Below, piece after piece: positions 48,642 to 56,871 of a stretch of DNA of 64,000 nucleotides (the stretch's first letter is position 1; each line of letters starts with the position of its first letter). The position numbers and the translations under genes were made by a program. The notes under the pieces are model-generated. The model made no database searches. It had not been told where the DNA came from and saw only the letters and a list, made by a program, of their open reading frames with translations. This DNA is from a virus, in IMG/VR virus record IMGVR_UViG_3300042507_004023; one strand, 5' to 3'.

Positions 48642-48983
48642 TTAAACGGTTTTGTAGCCAGCCGCAGTAAGATTAGCCCAAACTTTTCGAGCAAAATCTG
48701 TGCTTGTGACAAACGAGCCAGTAGTTTCAACCGGATACAGGCTGATTTTATCGCCATCTACTTGCATCTCAACAGAAGTTGAACCTATGTTGCTGATGTA
48801 AATGGTATTGGTGTATGGGTCTTTTGCGAATTGTAGAATTCGTTTAATTGCCTGCGGAGTTTCAGGAGAAACCATTGTCCAAGTTTCTGCTCCTTTTGGC
48901 GGCAATACTTTTTTAGGAACGGGTTGCATATTATGAGTGCCTTTCTTCCAATTATGATACATGTCCACAAACGAATCTCTCAT
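48642..48983 (-). CDS. Hypothetical protein, R-x-x-W-x-x-L-x-x-x-G(W/Y) family
   Basis: C-terminal ARKVWANLTAAGY; start refined to ATG just after the upstream stop. Confidence 0.6.
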   Translation of the reverse strand: MRDSFVDMYHNWKKGTHNMQPVPKKVLPPKGAETWTMVSPETPQAIKRILQFAKDPYTNTIYISNIGSTSVEMQVDGDKISLYPVETTGSFVTSTDFARKVWANLTAAGYKTV

Positions 48984-48987
48984 GTAT

Positions 48988-49485
48988 TTATCCCACATAT
49001 CTGGTTTCTCCTTGAGCCACAAGAGTCCATCCTCGCGTTTCCATCTCATGCCATATAGTTCTAGAAACTTGAGCGGGGTATGCAATTGGAGCAAGATGTT
49101 TAATTACAATACCTGTAGTGTTTGTTGGAATAACTTGCAAGTTATCTCCCGCTTTAGGATAATTAGAACGGCGCAAGGTTCTGTAAAATCTTTCCCAAAT
49201 ACCCCACTTAAAAGGTTTTGGAGACCATCCCACCATAGTGGTGTTGTATTGTGATAACTGAGGACGATCAATATTGATGTTTATGAACATCACATAAGTC
49301 TCTGGAGTGAAAGCACCGTGAGAATAGTCACGCATAATCCACCACTTGTGTGTGCCCATTTCTTGCATTGCTCGGGCAGAAGGACACCGCCTAGACTGCA
49401 ATGCTTTTTTGATTGTCCACAAACAGAACTCATCTACATTTGATTGTTTTGGAGGAAGAGGTATAGTGAATTGTGCTTCTATCAT
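48988..49485 (-). CDS. Hypothetical protein, same C-terminal motif family
   Basis: SRTIWHEMETRGW; leaderless promoter upstream. Confidence 0.6.
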   Translation of the reverse strand: MIEAQFTIPLPPKQSNVDEFCLWTIKKALQSRRCPSARAMQEMGTHKWWIMRDYSHGAFTPETYVMFININIDRPQLSQYNTTMVGWSPKPFKWGIWERFYRTLRRSNYPKAGDNLQVIPTNTTGIVIKHLAPIAYPAQVSRTIWHEMETRGWTLVAQGETRYVG

Positions 49486-49492
49486 AACCTAA

Positions 49493-49520
49493 ATTATATC
49501 GCAACTACTTAAAGTATCAA
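49493..49520 (-). promoter_or_regulatory. Sigma70-like promoter TTGATA-N16-TATAAT, 7 nt before ATG 49485
   Basis: Hexamers on the minus strand. Confidence 0.7.
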
Positions 49521-49550
49521 TAAAATAAATACTATATTAGGAGATATCAC

Positions 49551-50348
49551 ATGACTTTAGACCCCGTAGAAGAACAACCTGAAGATTTAGGATTAGTCGA
49601 GCAAGAGGTTTCTTGTGGAGAAGAATCGGAAGTTGTATACGCATCTTTTTTAAATCTAATTGCTCCTATTGGTGACAAACAACCTGTAGAAGAAGTTCCG
49701 TGCAGAACTATAAGAGATGGTGTTGCAGAAGAGTTCAAAAAATTTTTAAAGCAAGGTGCTGATGATGAATCTTTAGGAGAATTGTGGTTTCAATGGTGGC
49801 TTAAAATAGTTTGTGCAATAGAATCTAATGGAAGTGTTATTGGCAGTTGTGTTGGTTGTGAAAAAGCATTTAATTCGTCAGGAGCAGGTGGCGGGGCATT
49901 AGGTTGCTATCAAGTAACAAAAGGTATGGCAGATGGAATTGCTAACGAACTTTGTGCTGCATATAGAAATCCAGGTTTAAGAGAACAATGGGGTATAACT
50001 AGGCAAGAGACTAAAGCCTGGTGCAAGGCTTTAAGAGAAATAATTTCAAAATCTTGGAATGGAAAGCCTAGAAGTATTTCTAAAGCAGATGCAGAACTAA
50101 TTATTAAATTATGGATACTTCGTTATCGAACGGTTGGCCCAAATTTTCAAAGACAAGAAGGAGAATCTTTTGAAAATTGGTGGAAAAGAATTTATGTTGG
50201 AGACCCACGATATGTTGGAGATCCACAGGGACGAGGAATAGGATACGGAGATCCGGCAAATAGAGAAAAAAAATGGAAAGAAGTTAATCCAAAACCTGCA
50301 TTTCCTGTTTGGCCTCCAAATCCACCACCACCCACTCCTCCTAAATGA
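49551..50348 (+). CDS. Lysozyme-like / lytic transglycosylase (SLT) domain protein
   Basis: IVCAIESNG ... GALGCYQVT matches the SLT ES..GA.GL.Q motif; late promoter and AGGAG SD; Pro-rich tail. Confidence 0.65.
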   Translation: MTLDPVEEQPEDLGLVEQEVSCGEESEVVYASFLNLIAPIGDKQPVEEVPCRTIRDGVAEEFKKFLKQGADDESLGELWFQWWLKIVCAIESNGSVIGSCVGCEKAFNSSGAGGGALGCYQVTKGMADGIANELCAAYRNPGLREQWGITRQETKAWCKALREIISKSWNGKPRSISKADAELIIKLWILRYRTVGPNFQRQEGESFENWWKRIYVGDPRYVGDPQGRGIGYGDPANREKKWKEVNPKPAFPVWPPNPPPPTPPK

Positions 50349-50385
50349 TTGATTTAATTAAAGTTTATCTTTAAATTTATAAAAC

Positions 50386-50409
50386 AATCCCGAGAAATCG
50401 GGATTTTTT
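50386..50409 (+). terminator. Rho-independent terminator
   Basis: AATCCCGA-GAAA-TCGGGATT plus T run. Confidence 0.85.
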
Positions 50410-50422
50410 ATTTCCAATTAGA

Positions 50423-50450
50423 TTGACACTCGTAAGCCATAGGGTATACT
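50423..50450 (+). promoter_or_regulatory. Sigma70-like promoter TTGACA-N16-TATACT, 6 nt before ATG 50457
   Basis: Near-consensus hexamers. Confidence 0.8.
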
Positions 50451-50456
50451 GTAGTA

Positions 50457-50678
50457 ATGCCTAAGCGATGCCTTGATCGTTTCGATATGGAAGCCGAGCG
50501 TGAGTCTGCTGCTATTCGCAGGCTTGCGCCTCACATCTGCAAGCCGTTCGGTTGGAATCGTGGTATCCTGAAGCAGCGTCGTATGCACAAAGACGGTGAA
50601 ACCCGTGTTGAGTGCCGAACCATCAAGCAAACTTTTACCCGAGGTTACAATGCGCCCGTGTATCAAGTGCGGGATTGA
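50457..50678 (+). CDS. Small basic early protein
   Basis: First ORF after the promoter. Confidence 0.55.
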   Translation: MPKRCLDRFDMEAERESAAIRRLAPHICKPFGWNRGILKQRRMHKDGETRVECRTIKQTFTRGYNAPVYQVRD

Positions 50679-50862
50679 AATTCCCGTGATTCGTTTGGAA
50701 GCACTTCCGCTTACGGAAACTTGCGTGAAGTGTTCTAGCGTTCGTGCCTACAAGGGTTTTATGGATTGGCAGCACAAGACTGCACCCGACCTTGTAATGG
50801 TCAATCCTGATGACAGAGAGAATCTGCGTCGGGCTCAAGCAATTTCTGACCGAAGGAGATAA
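50650..50862 (+). CDS. DksA/TraR-type C4 zinc-finger protein
   Basis: CIKCGIEIPVIRLEALPLTETCVKC matches CxxCG..IP..RL.A.P....C..C. Confidence 0.8.
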   Translation: MRPCIKCGIEIPVIRLEALPLTETCVKCSSVRAYKGFMDWQHKTAPDLVMVNPDDRENLRRAQAISDRRR

Positions 50863-50864
50863 CT

Positions 50865-51326
50865 ATGTCATTTGTATCAATGTTATATGGTGAAGGCAAT
50901 AAACCGTATTCCATTTCTTATAGTGGTGGGTCAACCTACACTACACAAACTTACTGTGAACCGCCGCAATGGAAACTTGCAAACACCATGACTACGGAGT
51001 TTGCTCCAAGCATTAATGGTGCTACACATACACAACCACTTGCCGAATTCAACGGTGGCGTGTTCAACGGATTCGCAGAAGGACTTTGGATTTATCGAGT
51101 GTTCCTGAACGGGGAACTTGTAGCCACCTATCAATTTCAAGATCAAGCATTTTGCATTCCTATTGAGTTTGACCGTGTGGAAGGTGTGTGTATGAGTGTT
51201 TCTCTTTCTCCCTCATTCGCGTTTGCTAACGACGAACCACCACCGCCAATTCCATCACCCGCGTCTATTGTTATTCTGATTTGTTCCGCCCTTTTTTCTC
51301 TACGAAAGACCTCTCGCAATGCGTAA
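50865..51326 (+). CDS. Protein with PEP-CTERM-like C-terminal sorting motif
   Basis: IPSPASIVILICSALFSLRKTSRNA; AGGAG SD. Confidence 0.65.
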   Translation: MSFVSMLYGEGNKPYSISYSGGSTYTTQTYCEPPQWKLANTMTTEFAPSINGATHTQPLAEFNGGVFNGFAEGLWIYRVFLNGELVATYQFQDQAFCIPIEFDRVEGVCMSVSLSPSFAFANDEPPPPIPSPASIVILICSALFSLRKTSRNA

Positions 51327-51879
51327 TTCACTACTCGCCTCTACCGTGTCCTCTACCGTGTTTGTTCTCGCAGCAACGAATGTCTCTGAAGCCACTTTGA
51401 TTTCTTTCTCGCAGGTTATTACAAACAATACTGCAAGCACTCAAAGTTATGAAATCATTCAGTCCACACCCACTTCAATCAATTCGGCTACAGCAGGTAT
51501 GCGTGGCTCGTTGAGCATTGTGCTTACCGATTTCAATCGAAATGGTGCTACCTTTCAGTCGGATGGTAGCAATCTTTACACCGCATTTGCAAATTCCACA
51601 CTAGTTCGGTCTGCGTTCGTTCCTGCTGGTGGTTTTTTGCTAACCGCACTTCCTCGTGAAATGGCTTCATCCGACAACTATTTCGGCACACCTGTTTGGG
51701 AGCCGTTGTCGCCTTCGCTTGGAACCATTAACAGCATTGAAATGCGATGGAACTTCCGTCTGTCTGCGGGCGACCAAGTTGCCATTTCGGGAACTTTTGA
51801 AGTTGCTAGTATTCCCGCTCCTGCTTCTGCCGCCATTTTGATTTGTTCGGCAATCTCAGCCCGACGAAGAAGGAGATAA
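51319..51879 (+). CDS. Secreted protein with signal peptide and PEP-CTERM-like sorting motif
   Basis: N-terminal MRNSLLASTVSSTVFVLAATNVSEA; C-terminal IPAPASAAILICSAISARRRRR. Confidence 0.75.
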   Translation: MRNSLLASTVSSTVFVLAATNVSEATLISFSQVITNNTASTQSYEIIQSTPTSINSATAGMRGSLSIVLTDFNRNGATFQSDGSNLYTAFANSTLVRSAFVPAGGFLLTALPREMASSDNYFGTPVWEPLSPSLGTINSIEMRWNFRLSAGDQVAISGTFEVASIPAPASAAILICSAISARRRRR

Positions 51880-51880
51880 C

Positions 51881-52138
51881 ATGCCTGATGACTTCAACCC
51901 AATAGATTACTTTAAAAATCTTCGCACAGACGGAGCATCAGAGGATAACACTCAAGATGCATTTGACCGCAACGGTATGACAGTTGAAAGATACGATGAG
52001 TTGATGAACAATCCTGAACTTCGTTTAACAGAAGGCGAACTTCGTGTGGGGTGGTATTGGAGTCCTTCGTGGGACGGTCTGCTTGTTCACAGGAGTTGGC
52101 CCGAAGCAAAGTTTGATTATCCGGATGAAACACCATGA
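51881..52138 (+). CDS. Hypothetical protein
   Basis: AAGGAG SD, packed ORF. Confidence 0.6.
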   Translation: MPDDFNPIDYFKNLRTDGASEDNTQDAFDRNGMTVERYDELMNNPELRLTEGELRVGWYWSPSWDGLLVHRSWPEAKFDYPDETP

Positions 52139-52305
52139 GCCTGCTTGAACGGATGGTTGCAGAATGGGGCACACAATGCCCCGACTATCACAACACCTGT
52201 GCTTTGTGTGTTGCGTGGCGATTGTTTCGCAACTTGAATCGTGTTCCCACTTTGTATGAAGTGGAAGATGAACTAGACAGAATACGAGAGAGTGACGAGG
52301 AGTGA
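52135..52305 (+). CDS. Small Cys-containing protein (56 aa, not in ORF track)
   Basis: MSLLERMVAEWGTQCPDYHNTCALCVAW...; ATGA overlaps on both sides. Confidence 0.55.
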   Translation: MSLLERMVAEWGTQCPDYHNTCALCVAWRLFRNLNRVPTLYEVEDELDRIRESDEE

Positions 52306-52589
52306 TTTCTACCCTCTTGATTTCCGTTTTCTGCTCTCTGCTTACTGCGGTAGGTGTAAACTACGGCATACAGAAACTACACTTTCGTAAACTGAAAACG
52401 CAGATGCGAACCCGCGAGGCGTATAGATTAGACAAAATCGAACAAGCCGCCCTAAACCGTGATTCTCCCTCATGGTTTAGACACAAGCGACAATACAAGA
52501 TTTTAAAGTCTTGTTTCACACCAACCGTGCTTCCTCCTCCGATTATTACTAGTCCTCAAGAAAGAAACAGAAAGATGCATCAACCATGA
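52302..52589 (+). CDS. Small membrane-anchored basic protein
   Basis: N-terminal hydrophobic helix; GAGGAG SD. Confidence 0.55.
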   Translation: MISTLLISVFCSLLTAVGVNYGIQKLHFRKLKTQMRTREAYRLDKIEQAALNRDSPSWFRHKRQYKILKSCFTPTVLPPPIITSPQERNRKMHQP

Positions 52590-52858
52590 TTAAAGCAAAG
52601 TTTAAGTCTCGTTACGGCGACCTCCGAACAGTTACTGAAATCGCAACAAACACCTATCGGATTGAAGGCAAGTCTGGATTCACTCGTGGTGGGGGTGATG
52701 CAGGCTATCAGATGTTTGATTTTGAGGGCGGGCCGTTCATTGAAACAGGTATGCCGCTCTCGCTCTTGATTGACAACGCGAATGGAACTGTTGAACAGAT
52801 TACTCCGATGCCGACCGGCAAAGAAGGTTACGCTGCGGTGGAAATCGTAGTCAAGTAA
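52586..52858 (+). CDS. Hypothetical protein
   Basis: ATGA-coupled ORF ending before a terminator. Confidence 0.6.
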   Translation: MIKAKFKSRYGDLRTVTEIATNTYRIEGKSGFTRGGGDAGYQMFDFEGGPFIETGMPLSLLIDNANGTVEQITPMPTGKEGYAAVEIVVK

Positions 52859-52883
52859 ACTAAAATTTAAAGTTTTACCTGCG

Positions 52884-52915
52884 AACAACCCTCATTCACG
52901 AGGGTTGTTTCTTTT
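52884..52915 (+). terminator. Rho-independent terminator
   Basis: AACAACCCTC-ATTCAC-GAGGGTTGTT plus T-rich tail. Confidence 0.8.
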
Positions 52916-52941
52916 CCTAAATATTCGAATAGGAGGTTGTC

Positions 52942-53289
52942 ATGTATACTGAAGAGCGTCCTTGGGGCAATTTTACAATTTTATACGAAGACCAGAACAT
53001 GAAGGTGAAGCAAATTATTGTTCATGCAGGTCAAAGATTGAGTTACCAATATCATAAGCACCGCCAAGAGCGATGGACAATTGTGGAAGGTGAAGGAGTA
53101 TTCACCTTGAATGGCGTAGACCGTGCGGTGCGTTCTGGTGATGTTTTAAGCATTGCGGTTGGTGACGCGCATCGCATCAGAAATACAGGCAAAGGCAACT
53201 TGATTTTTGTGGAAGTGCAGTTGGGCGAATCTTTTGCTGAAGACGACATCTACCGTATAGAGGACGATTATAACCGCGCTAGCACATGA
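52942..53289 (+). CDS. Cupin, mannose-6-phosphate isomerase type II C-terminal domain-like
   Basis: ERPWGNFTIL, KVKQIIVHAGQRLSYQYHKHRQERWTIVEGEG, HRIRNTG..LIFVEVQLG....EDDIYRIEDDYNR; CTAAATA at 52917. Confidence 0.9.
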   Translation: MYTEERPWGNFTILYEDQNMKVKQIIVHAGQRLSYQYHKHRQERWTIVEGEGVFTLNGVDRAVRSGDVLSIAVGDAHRIRNTGKGNLIFVEVQLGESFAEDDIYRIEDDYNRAST

Positions 53290-53699
53290 AATCATTCAAG
53301 CACCATCTCTCAGAACAGGATGCAACTCCAAAACCTCGTGGCGAGTATTTCGTCAGTCGCTTTAACATTAGCGGAACTGTTGTGAGTGCTGTCGCTGTAT
53401 ACGAAAGACCCATCAAGAACTACAAGTATAAAACTAAAGTTTGGAGATGGCGGGTTCGTATAAAGACAAGTGAGGGGTGGATGCTGATGGGCTTTATCGG
53501 AAATGGACAACGACAGGAAGAACTGCCTCCGCTTCGTGTTGGAGATGTTGTGGAGATTAGAGACCTTGTTTTGTCTAGAGTCACGGGTGGAGATTGGGCA
53601 CAACAAAACAAGGTAATCGGCAAACCTCTTGATTACCGTTCCAACCTGTTCTCTCGTCAACTACACGGCAAGATTAAAAGAGGTGCAACCTCTGTATGA
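53286..53699 (+). CDS. Putative capsid-internal protein (CTS leader), possible OB fold
   Basis: MKSFKHHLSE leader; PLRVGDVVEIRDL. Confidence 0.6.
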   Translation: MKSFKHHLSEQDATPKPRGEYFVSRFNISGTVVSAVAVYERPIKNYKYKTKVWRWRVRIKTSEGWMLMGFIGNGQRQEELPPLRVGDVVEIRDLVLSRVTGGDWAQQNKVIGKPLDYRSNLFSRQLHGKIKRGATSV

Positions 53700-54469
53700 A
53701 ATCATTCAAGCACCATCTTGCAGAAGCAATCGCAAATCCAACTATCTGTGATTTGCTTAAACTGCCTACCGCTAAAGCGTTTATTGAGCGACTTGAAATA
53801 TCCAAAGACCTGAAAGCGTATTGGAATGCGTTAAACCTGTGGTTTGACCAAAGTGGCGACACAAAACGGTTCATGGGCAAGATTGTTGAGATGGGTATGT
53901 GCCCAAACAAAGCGAAATGGGCTTCTTGGTCTGGCAAAGGATATCGCGGATTAACCAAACCAAAAGAGTGGGCAAAAAAGTTACAGTATACTGGCGAAAC
54001 TGTGGTTAAAGAGAAATATCTTTTTTTGGTAGCAAACGCAACCTATCAAAGCCGATATACAGCCCAATCTTGGACAAACGATTTTGCTGTTGCTATGTCG
54101 TTTGCTAACAGCGATCTAGACATTCCTGTAATAATGGAAATTGAACTAACTCGTGAAAATACTTTATTCTCTCCTGAATCAAGCGTAACGCTTAGTGGTT
54201 TTGGAGAAGCGGAAATTATACGAGTAGGCAATAGACCCACAAAAGTTAAGGTGTATGTGAATATACAATTTATGATTGAATTCTTTTGCTACAGGATATT
54301 GGGAAACGGAGGAACTAAAGGAGTTCCTAAAGCAGAACAAACCTCTTGGTGGACGAAACAATTTGAAGGATTATTTTCTCAACTTGGTGATGAAAAGTTT
54401 GTGAAAGACCTTATGTCTAATCCTAAAATCAAAGCAATAATTAAACGAGAAGCAAAGGTTAGCATATGA
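53696..54469 (+). CDS. Putative capsid-internal ADP-ribosyltransferase-like protein A
   Basis: MKSFKHHLAE leader; YRG ... QSWT ... A..FA ... GEAE (R-S-ExE). Confidence 0.65.
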   Translation: MKSFKHHLAEAIANPTICDLLKLPTAKAFIERLEISKDLKAYWNALNLWFDQSGDTKRFMGKIVEMGMCPNKAKWASWSGKGYRGLTKPKEWAKKLQYTGETVVKEKYLFLVANATYQSRYTAQSWTNDFAVAMSFANSDLDIPVIMEIELTRENTLFSPESSVTLSGFGEAEIIRVGNRPTKVKVYVNIQFMIEFFCYRILGNGGTKGVPKAEQTSWWTKQFEGLFSQLGDEKFVKDLMSNPKIKAIIKREAKVSI

Positions 54470-54936
54470 AATCATTCAAGCATCATCTCACCGAACTATT
54501 TGACCAACCGTTTCCGTTTGCGTCTTCTTCAATTATAAATGGCGATGTGGTGAAGTATGTGTATAGAAACGATGCTACCTTTGTGGTTATAATGTTTTTT
54601 GACCTTGGTAACGGAGGTTGGGATGTGATATTCTCACGAAACGGTAAGGTTGCTGTAACAGGACAAGGTGATGCTGGTCGTGTGTTTGCTTCCGTGTTAG
54701 ACGCATTTCAACGATTCTTGCGGGACTATAAGGATAAAGCAGACACCATTAGTTTCACGGCTGAAAAGCAGGAACTAAATCCTGCAACAAGCAAGTATAC
54801 TACAGATTCTCGTGTTACGCTGTATAAGGCTATGATTAAACGATATGCGGAAGCAAACGGATATCGGATGCGAAGCAACATTCCGATATCAGGAATGGGC
54901 AAAGGTAAACAACTGTTCGTGTTGGAGAAAATATGA
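54466..54936 (+). CDS. Putative capsid-internal protein (CTS leader)
   Basis: MKSFKHHLTELFD leader; TGQGDAGRVFASV...ISFTAEK...SRVTLY. Confidence 0.6.
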   Translation: MKSFKHHLTELFDQPFPFASSSIINGDVVKYVYRNDATFVVIMFFDLGNGGWDVIFSRNGKVAVTGQGDAGRVFASVLDAFQRFLRDYKDKADTISFTAEKQELNPATSKYTTDSRVTLYKAMIKRYAEANGYRMRSNIPISGMGKGKQLFVLEKI

Positions 54937-55742
54937 AGTCTTTTTTCTCATTCATTAACGAAGCGGTGGAAAGCGGATTGCGAGATTCCGACTATAATCC
55001 CGATTGGCATGAACCTGAGTGGGTTAAAACTCATAAGCCTAGTGTATGTGATTTGTTGTCGGAACCCACACCAGCAATGATGGTGATTGGAACAAAACTT
55101 GTGCAAAAAACAGGAGATCCTTGGTTTCAATACGCACCTAGCGAAACCGTAAAATTTTTGCAAGCGTTGCAGTTGCATTTAACTCAAGTTGGTGGAGATA
55201 AGGGTATGGGGTCAGTAGGTATAGGATTGGTAAGAGCAGCCGCGAATTGTTCTCGCCGCGCTTCTTGGAGCATGACTTCTGAGAAACGCTTGTGGCGCGG
55301 TAAAGGAATCACACTTTCCGAAGCAGTCAGATTACTTAGAGGCAAAAAACATCACACCTCAACAATTTCTGGTGTTGGCTATTGTGTTGGAGTGGATGAA
55401 ATTTACACTTCCAAGTATCCTATACAATCGTGGAGCACAAATTCGCAAGAGGCAGTAGAGTTCGCATCAGGTGCTAGAAAGAATGCTGGAACTTGGTATC
55501 TTCCTCGCGTAACAGACGGCATGCTTAAGAAAGATAACCCTAGCGTTTGGTGTGTAATGGAGTTGACTGATTTCAAACCACAGGAAACCTTGTTTGGAGA
55601 ATTCCGAGGATATCCTGTCAGTAAATCTGTATCTCGTCTAGAAGAAGATGAAACAATCAGAATTACCAATCGTCCAGTTAAGGTTCGTTATTGGTTTTTA
55701 CAAGAACAGTTTGAAGACATGTTGCTTGCAGGACTATTATAA
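54933..55742 (+). CDS. Putative capsid-internal ADP-ribosyltransferase-like protein B
   Basis: MKSFFSFINE leader; WRG ... QSWS ... A..FA ... EEDE. Confidence 0.62.
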   Translation: MKSFFSFINEAVESGLRDSDYNPDWHEPEWVKTHKPSVCDLLSEPTPAMMVIGTKLVQKTGDPWFQYAPSETVKFLQALQLHLTQVGGDKGMGSVGIGLVRAAANCSRRASWSMTSEKRLWRGKGITLSEAVRLLRGKKHHTSTISGVGYCVGVDEIYTSKYPIQSWSTNSQEAVEFASGARKNAGTWYLPRVTDGMLKKDNPSVWCVMELTDFKPQETLFGEFRGYPVSKSVSRLEEDETIRITNRPVKVRYWFLQEQFEDMLLAGLL

Positions 55743-55746
55743 TCTT

Positions 55747-55878
55747 ATGAAATCTTTTAAACAACACATTTCTGAAAAGTGGACGCAATCGTATAAGCGT
55801 AGCATTGATTGTAGCCGACCAAAAGGCTTTTCGCAGCGAGCACATTGTCAAGGCAAAAAGAAGCGAGCAGGCAAATGA
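55747..55878 (+). CDS. 43-aa capsid-internal microprotein with Cys pair
   Basis: MKSFKQHISEKWTQSYKRSIDCSRPKGFSQRAHCQGKKKRAGK. Confidence 0.7.
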   Translation: MKSFKQHISEKWTQSYKRSIDCSRPKGFSQRAHCQGKKKRAGK

Positions 55879-56810
55879 AAGACTTTGAAGTGTTCTCGGA
55901 GGAAACCAACAATGCTCGCACCGAGCGGATTGTAAAGAATCTGTTGCCTGCCATTAGAAACGGTGACATGAACGCGCAAATATGTGCGATTGCATCACTT
56001 GAATTTGGAGACTTCATGCACTTCCTACGAGCACTCGGTGGAAACATAGGCCCATCAGGAACTGTGATAAATCTTGGTTCAACTGGCGCACACATCTACA
56101 CGCTTATAAATGAAAAAGAATCAAAGGATATAATGTATTTTTGTGCTTATCTGCGTAATCATCTGTCTGCTTTTTTTGGTGATTTAGCAACCACAGCGTC
56201 GGTAAACTTGAAAAATCGCTACTATCCTACATTTAAATCCATGTTGGATTGTTCATCTCGTAAATCTTGGACAAAACCAGAATCAGGGTTTGTGTATCGT
56301 GGAAAGGCTACAGGCATTTCATATCTTGCAAAAATGGGTGAGTGGCGCACCGAAGGCGAGTATTCGGTATGCAAAGGCAGTTACACAAGTCAGTATCCCA
56401 TGCAATCTTGGTCGTATAGCAGAACAAAAGCGGAACTGTTTGCTGATACGCGAATTGGTGATATATCGTTATGGATAGACCGTCTTGGTGAGATTGGTGG
56501 AATAGGCAAAGAAGCAGGCGGCGATTGGGAGAAACAGGTATTGAAACAAACTCAACCGCTAGGCATACAACGAGGCGATTTGGCTGTGCCTGTGGTGATT
56601 CGGTGTCCTGTGAATCCACGAGAATTCTTGTTCTCTGCTGACTCAAGCGATAAAATTAAAGTAGCCTTGAAATTGTTTACTAAAAACACGAAAGAACGAG
56701 AAACGGTGCGAGTTTCTAGTCAACCTGTTGCTGTGGAATACATGGTTAAAAATGTTAAGGGTGTTGACATGAAAACAGCGATTGCACAATGGCGAGAAGC
56801 CAACGGATAA
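55875..56810 (+). CDS. Putative capsid-internal ADP-ribosyltransferase-like protein C
   Basis: MKDFEVFSEE leader; YRG ... QSWS ... A..FA ... KERE. Confidence 0.62.
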   Translation: MKDFEVFSEETNNARTERIVKNLLPAIRNGDMNAQICAIASLEFGDFMHFLRALGGNIGPSGTVINLGSTGAHIYTLINEKESKDIMYFCAYLRNHLSAFFGDLATTASVNLKNRYYPTFKSMLDCSSRKSWTKPESGFVYRGKATGISYLAKMGEWRTEGEYSVCKGSYTSQYPMQSWSYSRTKAELFADTRIGDISLWIDRLGEIGGIGKEAGGDWEKQVLKQTQPLGIQRGDLAVPVVIRCPVNPREFLFSADSSDKIKVALKLFTKNTKERETVRVSSQPVAVEYMVKNVKGVDMKTAIAQWREANG

Positions 56811-56871
56811 TATTTAAAAATTAACACAGTCTAGGTAAAACCCTAAATACCATACCAACAGGAGAATTGCC

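Noticed and set aside
55757-56095. 112-aa minus-strand ORF within the payload array
   Set aside because: Antisense to well-supported coupled genes, with no promoter or SD
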